This document shows positions 1 to 19,954 of a stretch of DNA of 64,000 nt, piece after piece. The translations under genes and the position numbers were made by a program. The notes under the pieces were generated by a model. It made no database searches and was not told the DNA's origin. It saw only the letters and a program-made list of their open reading frames with translations. Position 1 is the first letter of the stretch. Each line of letters begins with the position of its first letter. The DNA is from the human T2T-CHM13v2.0 reference genome, Homo sapiens. The stretch lies in the NCBI RefSeq assembly GCF_009914755.1, contig NC_060940.1; one strand, written 5' to 3'.

Positions 1-440
1 TTATTTAGAAATAAGATGTTTAAGTTTCAAGTGTTTAGAGATTTTACAACAGGAATTTCTGTTGTTGATTTCTATTTTAAGTTCATTGTGGTTGGAGAAT
101 ACTCTCTATGGTTTCACTTGTTTAAATTTTTTGAGGTTTTTAAATTAAAATTTTTTAATTGCCCAGAACTCAGTCTATTTTAGTATATGCTCCATGGGCA
201 TTTGAAAAGAATGTATTGCTGTTGTTGGGCAGATTATTCTATAAATGTCTACTAGATCCTGTTGGTTGATGATATTGCTGAGTTCTGTATCCTTGCTGAT
301 TTTCCAACTGTTTGCCAAATCTTGAGAGAGAGATATTGAGGTCTCCAACTATAAATGTAGATTTGTCTATTCGCCTTTCAGTTCAATTTTGGCTTCATAC
401 ATTTTGCAGCTCTGTTTTTTGATGCAATTAGAATTGCTAT
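1..440 (-). mobile_element. Old L1M ORF2 (endonuclease region) fragment
   Basis: Antisense L1 motifs such as gaaaagaatgtatt...ttctataaatgtc...tctccaactataa...gatttgtctatt. Confidence 0.75.
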
Positions 441-1060
441 GTCACGGGAGGGGAGGGGGCTGAAGGTTGAGCTGATTACTAATGGCCAGTAATTTAATCA
501 ATAATGCCTCCACAATGACGCTTCTATAAATCCCAAAAGGATAGGATTTGGAGAGCTTCTGGGTTACTGAATACATCCATGGGCTGGGAGTGTGGTGCAC
601 CCCAGGTTCCACAAGACTTGTGCTCAGGACCCTTCTGAACCTTACCTTATGTATTTCTTCATGTGGCTGTTGATCTGTATCCTTCATAATATCTTTATAA
701 TAAGCCAGTACATGTAAGTAAGTGTTTCCCTGAGTTCTGTGAGCCATTCCAGCAAATGACTGAACTTGATGAAGGAGTGAGTCATGGGAAATGCCAATTT
801 ATAGACTCTCCATCAGAAATACTGGATGCCTGGACTTGTGATTGGCATCCAAAGTGGGGAAAATCTTGTGAGACTGAGCCCTTAACTGTGGGATATGAGT
901 CTGCCTCCAGAAAGTGTCAGAATTGAATTAAATTATGAGATACCTAGCTTGTGTTGGAGAACAGGTTGATGTGGGGTAAAACCCTACATATCTGGTCACA
1001 GATGTGTTCTGTGTTGAATGAGTGTGTGTCGTAGAAGACATATTTTTTCCCCTACATCAC
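440..1060 (+). mobile_element. MER21-family LTR
   Basis: Motif ctttataataa...gtaagtgtttccctgagttctgtgagcc...gacttgtgattggcatc. Homologous to the copy at about 30980-31400. Confidence 0.75.
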
Positions 1061-1687
1061 AGCATGTGATTGCTTAACATCACTTCTTGCATACACTAAG
1101 GGTACACAGAAGGCAAAGGTTACTTATGTTTTTCTCAGATATATTAACAAATAGTAACCACAGAGGAAAAAGGAAAATGATTTTGCTCTGGATTTAAACA
1201 GTATGGCCAAATAAGTCGTTTATGGGGTAGAAAAGCAATTCTTGGTCTAATAATGTTGTTATTCATAAATGACCAACAACTCACTAGTCTACAAAATTTT
1301 GCCAATGTACTCCATTCTATTAAGTTCTTATCAAATATTGTTTAGGCAATTTGGATGCCCATTGCAGATCCCTGGCTAATTTACAAGAGTAGTAAACAAA
1401 ATCCTAGATTCAAAACCAGAGGAGTTTAAGCTCCTAAAAAGTTCATAATAAATGTACTTTATTTTTATTTTTTAAATCTGTTACAGGAACTATTATTTAG
1501 AAAATTAATGACTCCTCTGTAATGTAACTCTCTAATAATGTTTGGCTATTCAGGCTTTGCTAGGAAATGGACTAAGACTGCAGAGTAATGGGTAAGAATG
1601 ATAATCTATCTGTAAGCAATAGGATAATTGGGCCAGGCCTTTACTGAATAATATTAATTTATGTTGTTGTTGTTATTTCTCTCTGGC

Positions 1688-1753
1688 AGTGGTTTTCAAA
1701 CTTTTCTGATCACAGCCCACAATAAAAACTACATCCTATGTTATTACCCAGTG

Positions 1754-1804
<51 letters not shown>

Positions 1805-1955
1805 GCACAACTAAATAAAAATTTCATGAAACAATACTTTACCATCTGGGATGTACTCTGATCAATAGATTGTTTTCTACTGTTCTCTTTTATTCTATTA
1901 AGTAAAATACTCTAAAAGCTACTACATTAATTTTATGACCCGACAATGGGTAGTG
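1688..1955. mobile_element. hAT-Charlie-like non-autonomous DNA element containing a (CA)n
   Basis: Starts with cagtggttttcaaactt, a Charlie-type terminus. Family not resolved. Confidence 0.45.
1759..1808 (+). repeat. (CA)n microsatellite, about 21 units
   Basis: Seen directly. Confidence 0.97.
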
Positions 1956-2335
1956 AGTGACTCTCAGCTGCTCTAGGAGAAAACCAAGGCTGTAGTTTCC
2001 GAAATACGTAAATGTAGTCATCCTCTTCCTACAGTGGAACATTCTCTGCTGATGGGGTAGGATGGGATGGAAGGTACGGTTTAGCCCAGTAATGTTTCTT
2101 TGGAGTTCAACATGCTTAACATTTAAACTGGGAATTTTCATCCTTTAAAATTTGGGGCAGGGTTTCATGATGGCACTCCCTCAGTCAATTAAATTAAGTG
2201 CTACTTCCTTGCTTAGAATACATTTTATGCATGAAATACAGCATATGTTTGAAATATTTTAAAAGCTTTTTCTTAAATTAAAAAGCAATATATATTTAGT
2301 AAACAAAAATGCAAAGAAATATATAAAATCCAAAA

Positions 2336-2533
2336 ACCAAGAGATAATCATAGTAACATACGTTAGTTTGTTTATATATTTGTCCTACACACAGACACAC
2401 TTAAAAATCACACACATACAATTTGCATTCCCATGACCAAGAGATAATTGTGGTAACATTTTATGCGTCATTTTGTTTATATATTTTTCCTACACACAGA
2501 CACACTTAAAATAACGCACATACAATTTGGATT
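2336..2533 (+). repeat. Tandem duplication, about 100-bp unit, 2 diverged copies
   Basis: accaagagataat...tcctacacacagacacacttaaaa...catacaatttg starts at 2336 and again at 2436. Confidence 0.9.
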
Positions 2534-3042
2534 TTACATGCAGATATGTCTTCCTCCAACTATTATAAACATCAAAAATTATCTTAAAATATTTTGCAGT
2601 CTGGAGAATATTATAAAATGGGATAATTTATTATATCTCTATTTATAGACATTTAGATTTTTTTCAAGTTTGTGAGGGCTTTTTATTTTTGTTTTCAGTG
2701 TTCTGCCATGAAAATTTATGCATTCATTTGATTTATGCACTCAACTGCATTTATTTTTACCTTAGATATTTTTTCATTTCCTTTTATGCCTACAAATTCC
2801 CTCCCAATTTCTACTCCAATCTAGAAACAGGTAAATATTAGATATGATAAGAATAAATCTAATGTTCCATTACTGTTTTGGGGTAGATCTTTAAAAATCA
2901 TGCTAAGTAAATATTGTTCCATTCGCTTAAAAAAATAGTAATGGGTAGTGAATATTACTGAATGGAGTTCAATACTAGTTGCCAATGTCTAGTTTGCAGT
3001 ATAAGTTTGGTGAAAATTTTGTTGACTGAATCAAGAATCCCA

Positions 3043-3376
<334 letters not shown>

Positions 3377-3484
3377 TCAACAGTTATAGAAATGTACAAA
3401 GTGGAAAGTGAATCTCTTGAAATTGTATTCCTCAAGATAAATGTTAATTTTTTATTAACTTTTCTTCTATGAAGTGAGAATTAT

Positions 3485-3790
<306 letters not shown>

Positions 3791-4482
3791 TGAATTATTC
3801 ATTTAACTGCATAAAAATATATGCAAATAGATGTTTACTGTTGTATTGTTGTATTATAGTAAAACAAAAAATAGAGGATTGGCTAGAGTAGCTATTGTAT
3901 CTTTATACAAAATAGCCCCCAAAGAAATCAGGATTATCTGTATGAACAGATATGGAGAGATGTACACAATGTATCATTATATGAAAAAAAAAAGAAAAAG
4001 AAAGTATTTTAAAAACTGATGCACTGCTATAACAATTAAGAGATTTTCCCATTTTAAGCCATCAGTGCATTCCTTAGATAATCATCTACTTGATTACGTT
4101 AAGTAAGCAATTCTTTAAAAATACAGACAAATTTAAGTTGTTAGGTTTTAGATAGGATTTTCATTGATATCCCACCAGTGAACTTAGTTTTTGGTTTTGA
4201 GTATGCTGGCTCTGCCCGAGTTATACTAGGTTCATGAAATGCAATAAATAACTTCATCTTGTCATCCTGTATTCTGGAACATCTTACCTAGCACTGAAAT
4301 CATCTGCATCTTCAAAGTCTAAAAGAATTAACTGATAAAACCAGCTGGTCCCAGAGCCTTTTTTGTAAAGGTTTAATATGTACATGAATTAAAAACATAA
4401 AGAAGTAATTTGTTCAAATTATCTATATCCTTATTTATCTTGAACTGCTGTGACTGACAGTGGTATATTAAAGTATAATTGT

Positions 4483-4878
<396 letters not shown>

Positions 4879-5707
4879 TTAAATGTGTGCAATTAGCTAA
4901 AAAAGTAAACTCACTCTGGGGTATATTTGATTTAGTAAGGCCATTACATAACATGGCAATGTCCATATAATGAGTTCTTCCTTTTTCTTTTTTGGCCAAA
5001 AAAATAGAGGAGTGACAGCAACTCTGCTTATACTTCTTCATGGTTAAAACTCTAGGCATCTTAAAAGAAGCATATTCAGATTCCTTTTCTTCTTTAGATA
5101 ACTGGAATTATCACAGTTATATTTACTGTAATTTGGATCTAACCTCAGTCAGTCAGCCATCTGTTAAAAGCAGACATCCTTTGCTCAATCTTATTTCTTT
5201 TATTGTCTTAATTACATTTTCCTTTATTATTTATTTAAATGTATAACCAGATTTTTTCTTTATAATAATATATCAAAAAACCCTCTCTATGTATTACAGC
5301 TTCTATTCTATATAATAAAAAAAACTAGGAGTAGTTTATATTATACTATTAATTGGATTCTTAATTTATACGTCTTCTAAGATGAACTTAATTAACTAAT
5401 TTGCACTTCACTTTCTGACCAAGATAACACAAGTAATTTCACCCAATCTCTCTGCTACTTCAACTAAAAAATAAGGATAATGAGTTGGCTCCATCATAAT
5501 AGGGATATATGAAGAATTGAAAGTGAACATTTTTTGTCATAAGAACCTTTTATAATCTACCAATGTAAGTCTATGGAAAGACTAAGTATAATAAAAGTGA
5601 AGATGTTATTAAGGAGTGTGAAAACATAATTTTTTCCACCAGTTTACCTTGCTAATATATTGACTGAAGAAGCTTTTATACATTATGGACAATGTATCTG
5701 GTCTTAC

Positions 5708-5786
5708 CTGATCCATTTTTCAGATACCCATTTGCATCTACAGTTGTATACATGATATAAGGTCCAGGTTGATTCACTCCAAAGGG
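5708..5786 (-). CDS. ITFG1: ITFG1 coding exon, 79 bp (about exon 14): PFGVNQPGPYIMYTTVDANGYLKNGS(A)
   Basis: Read by hand. Acceptor tttttttttctattgcag|CCC, donor TCAG|gtaaga. Matches the recalled ITFG1 peptide. Confidence 0.95.
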
Positions 5787-7049
5787 CTGCAATAGAAAAA
5801 AAAAATAGTTAAGGCTTGGAAAATAAGTGAATTATTGGAAGTTTCAGGCAAATCTCTTTCAAAGCAAAAAATTCTTACACAGATGACAGTTACTTAGAGA
5901 CCCCTTCCATTAACAGCACATCAAAAGAAAACCTGTTGTTTCCTAGGATCTTAGTGTTAAAAAATAATAAACAAACAAAAAGAAAACCTGATTAGTAGAA
6001 AATTCTTAAGACTTTAAATGATTTAATAGTTGCAATTATTCAGTTCGTTATTTTAACTGGGTATTTCTAAGACCAAATATTCTGTTGAATATAGCATTGC
6101 TTTTTCCCTTCAGGGAGGGATTGGACATGGTTTACATTTTCCCACTAAAATATCAACATAAATAAAATCCATCCACAATAATTACGATAGAATAAAAAAT
6201 ACTGATGATTAGTTCCACCACATTTAAACTCCTGCACATTTAGAGAATACATTATTTTTCATTTAAGAAAATTCTGATGGATTGACAGTGCCTCAGTTAC
6301 AATGGTGAGGTCTATCTCTAACTTGTTTCCTATTTCTGGAACATTCCTCAAACCTTGAATAAAATGATATACTCCTTCTCTTTAGAAACCAAGGCTAATT
6401 AAATAGAACATAAAGAAACCAAAGATTGCAATGGACATCCTAAGATGACAAAATGTTTAAGAAATGCTTTACATTCTTTTGAATATTTTTCTCAGCCTCA
6501 AAATTCTACTGATCTTCCCAGAAAAGTATAGAAAAGTTAATAATGACATTTAGATAGGCTACTGATGCTTTAAAAATGATTTTTCTCCAGGATGATAAGA
6601 AGTAATATGATTTCATCAACATCACAATTGCCTGACTGATATTTTAAGATTTTTAGAAGTCCATATGCTTCCAATGGCTATGAGAAAATAGGTTGCTATA
6701 AGGATGGAATTACTCATAAGACATTACTAATTGATTAAATGATTCATGAAGAAATCACACAAATATGCAAAATAAACTTAAGAAACATTTTTATGTGGAA
6801 AGATGAATATTACGCTTTGTACTACACACTACTTTCATGAGAGAATTAGCAAAATGTTGTCTCTACATTCTTATCTTGCAGATGGGCAAGGAAAAGCATT
6901 GTTTTCTTTCCTATCTGTATTCAGTTAAAAAAAATCAGGTCAGCATGTGTCTGATATGAGTTGTAAAGCTGAAGCTCACCTATCATCACAGGCCAGTCAT
7001 TTTGATATTTGAAGACAAGGTCTAGAAATCCTGATCCAGTTCCTCTACA

Positions 7050-7628
7050 CAGTGGTTCTCAAAGAGTGTTACAAGAAACCCCTGGGGGTCCCAAAATACC
7101 TTCAGAAGGTCACATTAGGTAAAAACTATTTTCATAATAATACTAAGACATCTCGCGTTTTACACTGAGTTAACATTTGTATTAATAGAGCAAAAACAAA
7201 GACGTGGGTAATTAGCAGTGGCACCAAACAACGGATATTCCGACTTGGGTATTTAGCTAACTAACGTTTTCTTGAAAATGGACAGAGTGAGTCAGCCACT
7301 TTCAGAAAAACAAATGACAGTATTTGTCGCTAATGATAAAATTTGAGCTTCTAAGTGAATATTTTAATTTTGAAAAACTTGCATCTGCCACTGTGAGCCT
7401 GATATCTTCCCAATACTTAAGAAACTGTTCTGAGGCAATCAGTGGTAATATTAACAAATGTTATTTAAAAATATCATACAATAAAATGTGTTAACATGAG
7501 GAAGATCTGCATAACTCAGTAAACCAAAATTTCCAAAATGACCAATGCATGATAGTACAAAACCATTCACGGGTAAAAGATCCATCTAAAGTGCAAGGTA
7601 GACCAATATATTTTAGTGTAACAGAGTA
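7050..7628 (+). mobile_element. Charlie1 (hAT) DNA transposon, left part
   Basis: Terminus cagtggttctcaaag. Transposase remnant gaagatctgcataactcagt...gaccaatgcatgat...ggtaaaagatccat. Confidence 0.8.
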
Positions 7629-8070
7629 GTGTAGAATCACTTCTGGAATGGTAAGGACCTCAAAAAAATCTGCTCCTCAATAAAAGCAATGAGAATACTG
7701 GCAGAAAGTTGTTGAAATCAACTTTTTCAGAACTTTGCAAGAATCCAAGGAGCACTCATTTAAGAAAAATAGCTGAATTTTGGTAAGAATAATTACCTCT
7801 GTTGTGTTTTAAATTGCTCTATTTCCATGTCACTCTCCCCAGCTCTGAAGTAGCCTTGAAAACCAACAGCTTTGCAAGTAGGGTAGCTATGAAAATGAAG
7901 AGCCTACCAGGTACTGGAGGGGGCAGAACAGGTTTAGAGCTCCCCAAAGATCCATTCCCAGAGAAATGTCACTATATGACCTTTTCGGAAGCTCCCTGAA
8001 AAGCTCTCTTCTCAGGGTTTGTCTTTTTTTAATGGACTGAGAGCTTGCTCTGTGTGAACAAGCTCCATCA

Positions 8071-11072
<3,002 letters not shown>

Positions 11073-11370
11073 GAAAATAATCATCAGCAATTGTTTAACA
11101 TTGCAGCTGCCTGAGGCAGTGATTATCAGCTGGGGTTAATGAGAGGTTGACCAAATCTTAAAAGGAAAAATGGAAATGAGATATTCACAGGGGACTCTGA
11201 AAATCTCTCACTTATTTCTGGGAATCTAGAAGTCCATGAACATATGCAGCACTATGTTCGTGCCCCAGAAAGACTGGAGAAGGGCCTAACCTCTCTTTTA
11301 AGGAAATCTCTGGCCATCACAGCTGGCCATTAAGCTGAGTGGCAACACACAACAAAAAATGAAGACTTTA

Positions 11371-11853
<483 letters not shown>

Positions 11854-13049
11854 TCAAAGAATTAAAGGAAAGGAAATCATGTCTAAATAACTGAAGAAAA
11901 TTATGAGAACAGTGTCTCACCACAGTAACAATAAAGAGAAATCACAAAATAGAACAAAACTGAAATTCTACAATACAATAACTGAAATGAAAAATTAACT
12001 AGCAAAGCTCAATAGGAGATTTAACCTGGCAAGGAAATAATCAGCAAAATTGAAGATATGTCAATTCATATTATCTAGTCTGAAGGATAGAAAAAAAGGG
12101 AATAAAAAAAAAATGAACAGAGCCTCTGAGACATATGGAGCACCATTAAGAATACCAACAATAATGGGAGTCCCAGAAGAGAGGAAAGAGGTAGAAATAT
12201 GTGAAGCAATAATGGCTAAAACTATCTAAATTTAATGCAACATTAACCTGTACACCCAAAAAGCTCAATGAACGCCAAGTAGGGTAAACTCAAAGAGATC
12301 CACACCAAGATACATCACAGTCAAACCCTGCCTATCATATCATAGTTAACATTTTGAAAGCCAAAGATTGAATGTTGAAAGCAGCAAGAGACAAGCAATT
12401 CATCACGGACAAGGTATCCTCAGAAAGATTAACAGCTCAATTCTCATCAGAAACCCAGGAGGCTAGAAGGCAATAGGATGATAAATTCAAAGTGTTAAAA
12501 GAAAAAGACTGTCAGCCAAGAAGTCTAAAATCCAGCAAAAATATCCTTCAAAAATGGGGGGAAATTAACATATTGCCAGATAAAACCAGAAAGAACTTGT
12601 TATTAGCACACCTGACTTGTAGGAAATATTAAAGGGAATTCTGGCTGATCTGAAAGGACACTAGACAGTAATTTGAATCCACACAAATAAATAAAGAGTA
12701 CTGTTAAAGGTAACTCTAAGTATTCTGCGAAGACGAAGTTGGAAAAAAAAAAGGAACTGTAGGTAAATATGGTATAAATATATTTTTGTTTGTAGCTCTT
12801 TTCTCTTACCTGATATAAAAGACTATTGTTTGAAACAATAATTATAAAACCATCTTGTTGGTCTCATAATGCTTGAAGATGTAATTTGTATTGACAATAA
12901 TAGTACAAATTGAGGAGGAGTAAATAAACTGAGATATGTTAGAGCAAAGTTTTTACAAGCTACTAAAATTAAGCTGGATTAATATGAACTAGATTGTTTC
13001 TAAGTTACGATGTTAGTTGTAATCCTGAGAGCAACTACTAACAAAATAA

Positions 13050-13507
<458 letters not shown>

Positions 13508-13879
13508 TATTAAAACACTCCCTTTTCTATTACATAGTTATGTGAGGCTGAATTTTTTTCATCTATTTCAACCAAGGCAACATACCACAAAAATCTGAAT
13601 GTAAAAGGAGATAAGGGAATATGCTATCTTCTATTACACTAAGCATTAAAGAGATTTGTAATAACATAAAGCAATGCCTCTCTTTCCCTAATATTTTAAT
13701 ATGAAAAATATAGTTTTTAAAAAAATAAAATTGGTTATGTTAATATAATGGGTTATCTTTTAAAAACAATATCATTTAAAATTATTTCAGTTTTAATTTC
13801 AAACAAAGTAATGTCAGTAGATATATCTAATGTAAAGAAAAGTTTGGGGTCCATAGACCAAGAAGTTTGAGAATTGCTC
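13508..13879 (+). mobile_element. Charlie1 right part
   Basis: tgtgaggctg...tttcaaccaa...cattaaagagatttg, then terminus aagtttgagaattgct. A tctaca(c) direct repeat flanks both Charlie termini (about 7044 and 13881). Confidence 0.78.
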
Positions 13880-15193
13880 TTCTACACCATCTGTATAATG
13901 AACAATTCAATTCCCAATTTCCTTTCTCAACTGAAATGATACAACTGATACCTGGGCCTATAGGTCTTTTGGTTTCTTATCCCATACGTCATAGCATTAA
14001 ACTTCATTTTTTTCTTCACTTACCTCCATATGAATGTTTACTACAAAATATACTAAAAATAGTTATGCTCATAGAAAATGCCAAGAGATCTGGAATAATT
14101 TTTACTTTGTGTTTCTTCTATACAATAAAGGTACAAGGAGTATTGCTGTATCTTTCACACCTTTTACATACTTGGGTTATATTAGGGTGTCCTTTTAAAT
14201 GTCACATCTGATGCTTGTTTGAAAGAATTCAGGGAAGTTAAATTTAGACATATTAGTGATGGTTCAATTTTTCATACTATCAGTAAAAAAAGACTATCAT
14301 TGGCACCCTTTTTCTCATTCTAGGATGTGTCACACTGATGTAATGCAGTTTAGGTGTTGTATCATATAGATTCTTTCTAACTAACCTGATCTCTTGTGTG
14401 CCTATTGTCTTATAAAATTGGGGTTGGAATACCTCTGTTTTCTTTAGAGACTTTTTTAGTAAGCCAAATGGTGGTTTCTATATTAGTGTCAATTATTTGA
14501 TTACCTAGGGTTTGTTTCAAGGTCTTGGGCTCCTATAGTGGAGCGCAAATAATACTTCAAATCATTGGCTCTGGATGATGAAATAAAAATGGAAAAACAT
14601 ATAAAAGATACTGTATTAGGTATAATCAATAGCTATTATATGATAGAAATTCATGATTCTAAAATATTAGAAAAATAGCTGACTTATAGAGTGGACTTAA
14701 CTTTTCTCAAGGGTAATTTTTAAAAATCCTGTTTATTTTTTAAGTGAACACTCACTGGCATTTGTCTTTATCTTCATTAACGTTAGCTGTAATGCCCAAT
14801 TTAGTTTAATATTGACATTTTTTATTGTTTCTTGCTCTTTAAGACATTAAATAAAACATTATTTCCTTTAATTTTGGTTATTTTCCAATGAAAACTGCAA
14901 GATATTTTCCCTCTGACTAAGGTAAGTAAAGGACTGTAAAAAGGTATATTAAATGCAGAAAATATCCATATCATCGTTTTTCTATCTTTGGTACACGAAG
15001 CATGATATCACCACTGTCAGGTGTGATAAAAGAAAGGCAAACAGAATTAAGGAGTGAGTAATATTTTAAGGAATGTCAAATAAATCAGTTATAATCAATA
15101 AATAGTGGTTGAAGTAATGCCTGCTATATTTTAAAGCATGGTAAAACAGTACCAAGTAAGATCATTCACTTCACCAAAATAAAGATAAGAAGG

Positions 15194-15510
15194 TTTTTTT
15201 TTTGTTTGTTTGTTTTTTAGACAAGGTCTCACCCTGTTGCCCAGGCTGGAGCCCAGTGGTGCGATCACAGCTCACTACGGCCTTGACTTGTGCTCAGGCG
15301 ATCCTCCCACCTCAGCCTCCTGAGTACCCGGGATTACAGGCGTGTGCCACCACATGCAGCTAATGTAAAACATTTTTATTCTGTAGAGACAGGATCTCAC
15401 TATGTTGCCCAGGCTAGTCAGACAAGTCTCGAACTCCTGGGCTCAGGCAGTCTTCTGCCTCAGCCTCCCAAAGTGCTGGGATTACAGGTGTAAGCCATGG
15501 CATCTGACCC
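15194..15510 (-). mobile_element. AluJ
   Basis: Antisense dimer with J-type features. Flanked by aagataa on both sides. Confidence 0.88.
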
Positions 15511-15874
15511 GAAGATAAATGTACTTGTCCTGTACTTTGTCAGAATGTTCCTAAATAGAATAGGTAAAAGCCTGAGACCCCTTCTGATTGAAAAGATTAA
15601 AAAGTTAAGTCACCTTGTTCTGTTGCATATATTAAAAATTAATTGTTGTAACAATGGAAACAATTGTGTTTCATTAGGAGGTATTTCTGTGAGCATTAAT
15701 AGGGAATGTTTTTCCTTTGCATCAGAGCTTTTCCAGAATGCATTTCTCTTGTAAATAGCTTGTAATTTATTTTTCAAGTTTTCATACTTAACAGTGAATA
15801 TGCTATTGGGGTGAGAGATGTGATGGTAAACTTATCAATGACGGCCCATTAAAAAGCAAACCAAATTCTAGAGA

Positions 15875-17887
<2,013 letters not shown>

Positions 17888-18622
17888 CAAATGACAAATT
17901 ATTAAGCACCAGCCCCTCTGTTAGGTTCCAGGACATACTGTCAAGAAAAAAAGATACTGTTTTCTGCCTCCATGGAGCTCTTTGAAAGGAATGTGCACAG
18001 AGTCTTTTTGTATATGGGGAAGTCAAAGACTACTTTTAAACCGTCTGTTCTCCAAGGGGAAAAGTACTTATCTGCCTGCTTCTAGATTCATAATCCACGA
18101 AGTGGAAAAAGTCACTAGACTTTGGTGAAAAGAATTACCAAGTCACAGAGAAAAACGCCATTATTTCCACTGACATAGTGAAAGGTCAGAATATGCCTTA
18201 TACTGAGAATAAAAGATTTCAAAAATTAGTTGGATATTTGAAGGAAAAAAAAATCAGAAAACAGGAATATAAATACTCTTTTGATTCACAGATATTTATG
18301 ATAGCACCACTAATAATACTGATATTTACCATATCCATATTTCATAAATTTGTGATGTTTAAAAAGATTTACACAGTAAGAAAAAGTCAAGAAGTCTAGT
18401 ATACCTCTAGTCGTACCTGAAACACAAATGGAACACCAACATTTCTCAAAATATTTGGAACTTACTATCCCTACCAATATAGGGATGTTATAGAGGCAGG
18501 GGTATCAACAATAACATTGACAAATAATAGCAGCTAAACTTTTTGAGTGTTTATTGTGTATTAGGGCCTACTATGGTCTATCTACATTAATTCCTCTAAT
18601 TTTAACAATAACCTTAAGGTAA

Positions 18623-19095
18623 TGTGATAGGCAGAATAATGGTACTCCAAAGATGTCCATGTCCTACTTTCCAGAGCCTGCTGAATATACTGCCAAAAAG
18701 GACTTGGCAGATGTCATTAAAGATCTCAAGATGGGTAGAGTATCTTGCAATATCCAGGTGGGGCTAACGTAATCACAAAGCTCCCCATAGGAGAAAGAGG
18801 AAGGCAGTATGCATTAGTGCCAGTGATTTGAAGATGCAACACTACTGGCTTTGGGTATGGAGGAAAGGGCCATGAGCCAAGGAAGATATGCAGCCTCAAG
18901 AAGCTGGAAAAGGTAAGGGGATGGATTCTCCCCAAAGCCTCCAAAAAGGAAGGTAGGCTTGCTGACAACTTGATTTTAGTTCAGTGAAACACAGTTCAGG
19001 CTTCCAACCTCTAGAACTGTAAGAGAATAAATCTGTGTTGTGTTAAGCCACTAAGTTTATGTTAATTTGTCACAGCAGTGATAGGAAACTTACAT
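18623..19095 (+). mobile_element. MLT1D-like MaLR solo LTR
   Basis: tgtgataggcagaataatgg...agaataaatctgtgttgtgttaagccactaagttt...ggaaact. Confidence 0.8.
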
Positions 19096-19474
19096 AGGTT
19101 AGTTTTACAGACATGGAGAATGAGGCTTAACAGAAGTGAAATAACTTTTCCAAAATTACTGTAGATAGTTGAAGAGATTTGCATTTTATGGATTATTTTC
19201 TTTTTTGAAGTAGGAGGGAAGGTTAACTACTGAGAACTGGAAACTGGGAAAGTAGAAAGGGTATTAAATAGTTCTTATGAAGAAAGAGAACTTCTGGTAT
19301 AGTAAGTAAAATGTGTATTTACAACACACTGAAGTATTTAGAGATGATGGATTAGCCTTAAAATACTCTAGGGGGAGGATGGGTAGTAGGTGGTGGTATG
19401 GGTGAAATAAAATTGGGCATATAATGATATTTTTGAAGTTGGGTATGGGCACAAGAATTTTATGTTATTTGTTC

Positions 19475-19830
<356 letters not shown>

Positions 19831-19954
19831 TAAAAAGTTAAAAAAATCAAGATAAAGAGCAATAAATGACACACCAGATACACTGATAAAAGCCATGAAG
19901 TAAAATGGACAAAAACAAACTTCAAATAAAGCAAAACCAATAAAAATGCAAGGA

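Noticed and set aside
5787-5820. CCTTAAC upstream of the 79-bp exon acceptor, resembling a U12 branch point
   Set aside because: The intron donor is ACA|GTAAGT (U2 type, not GTATCCTT) and a normal polypyrimidine tract is present.
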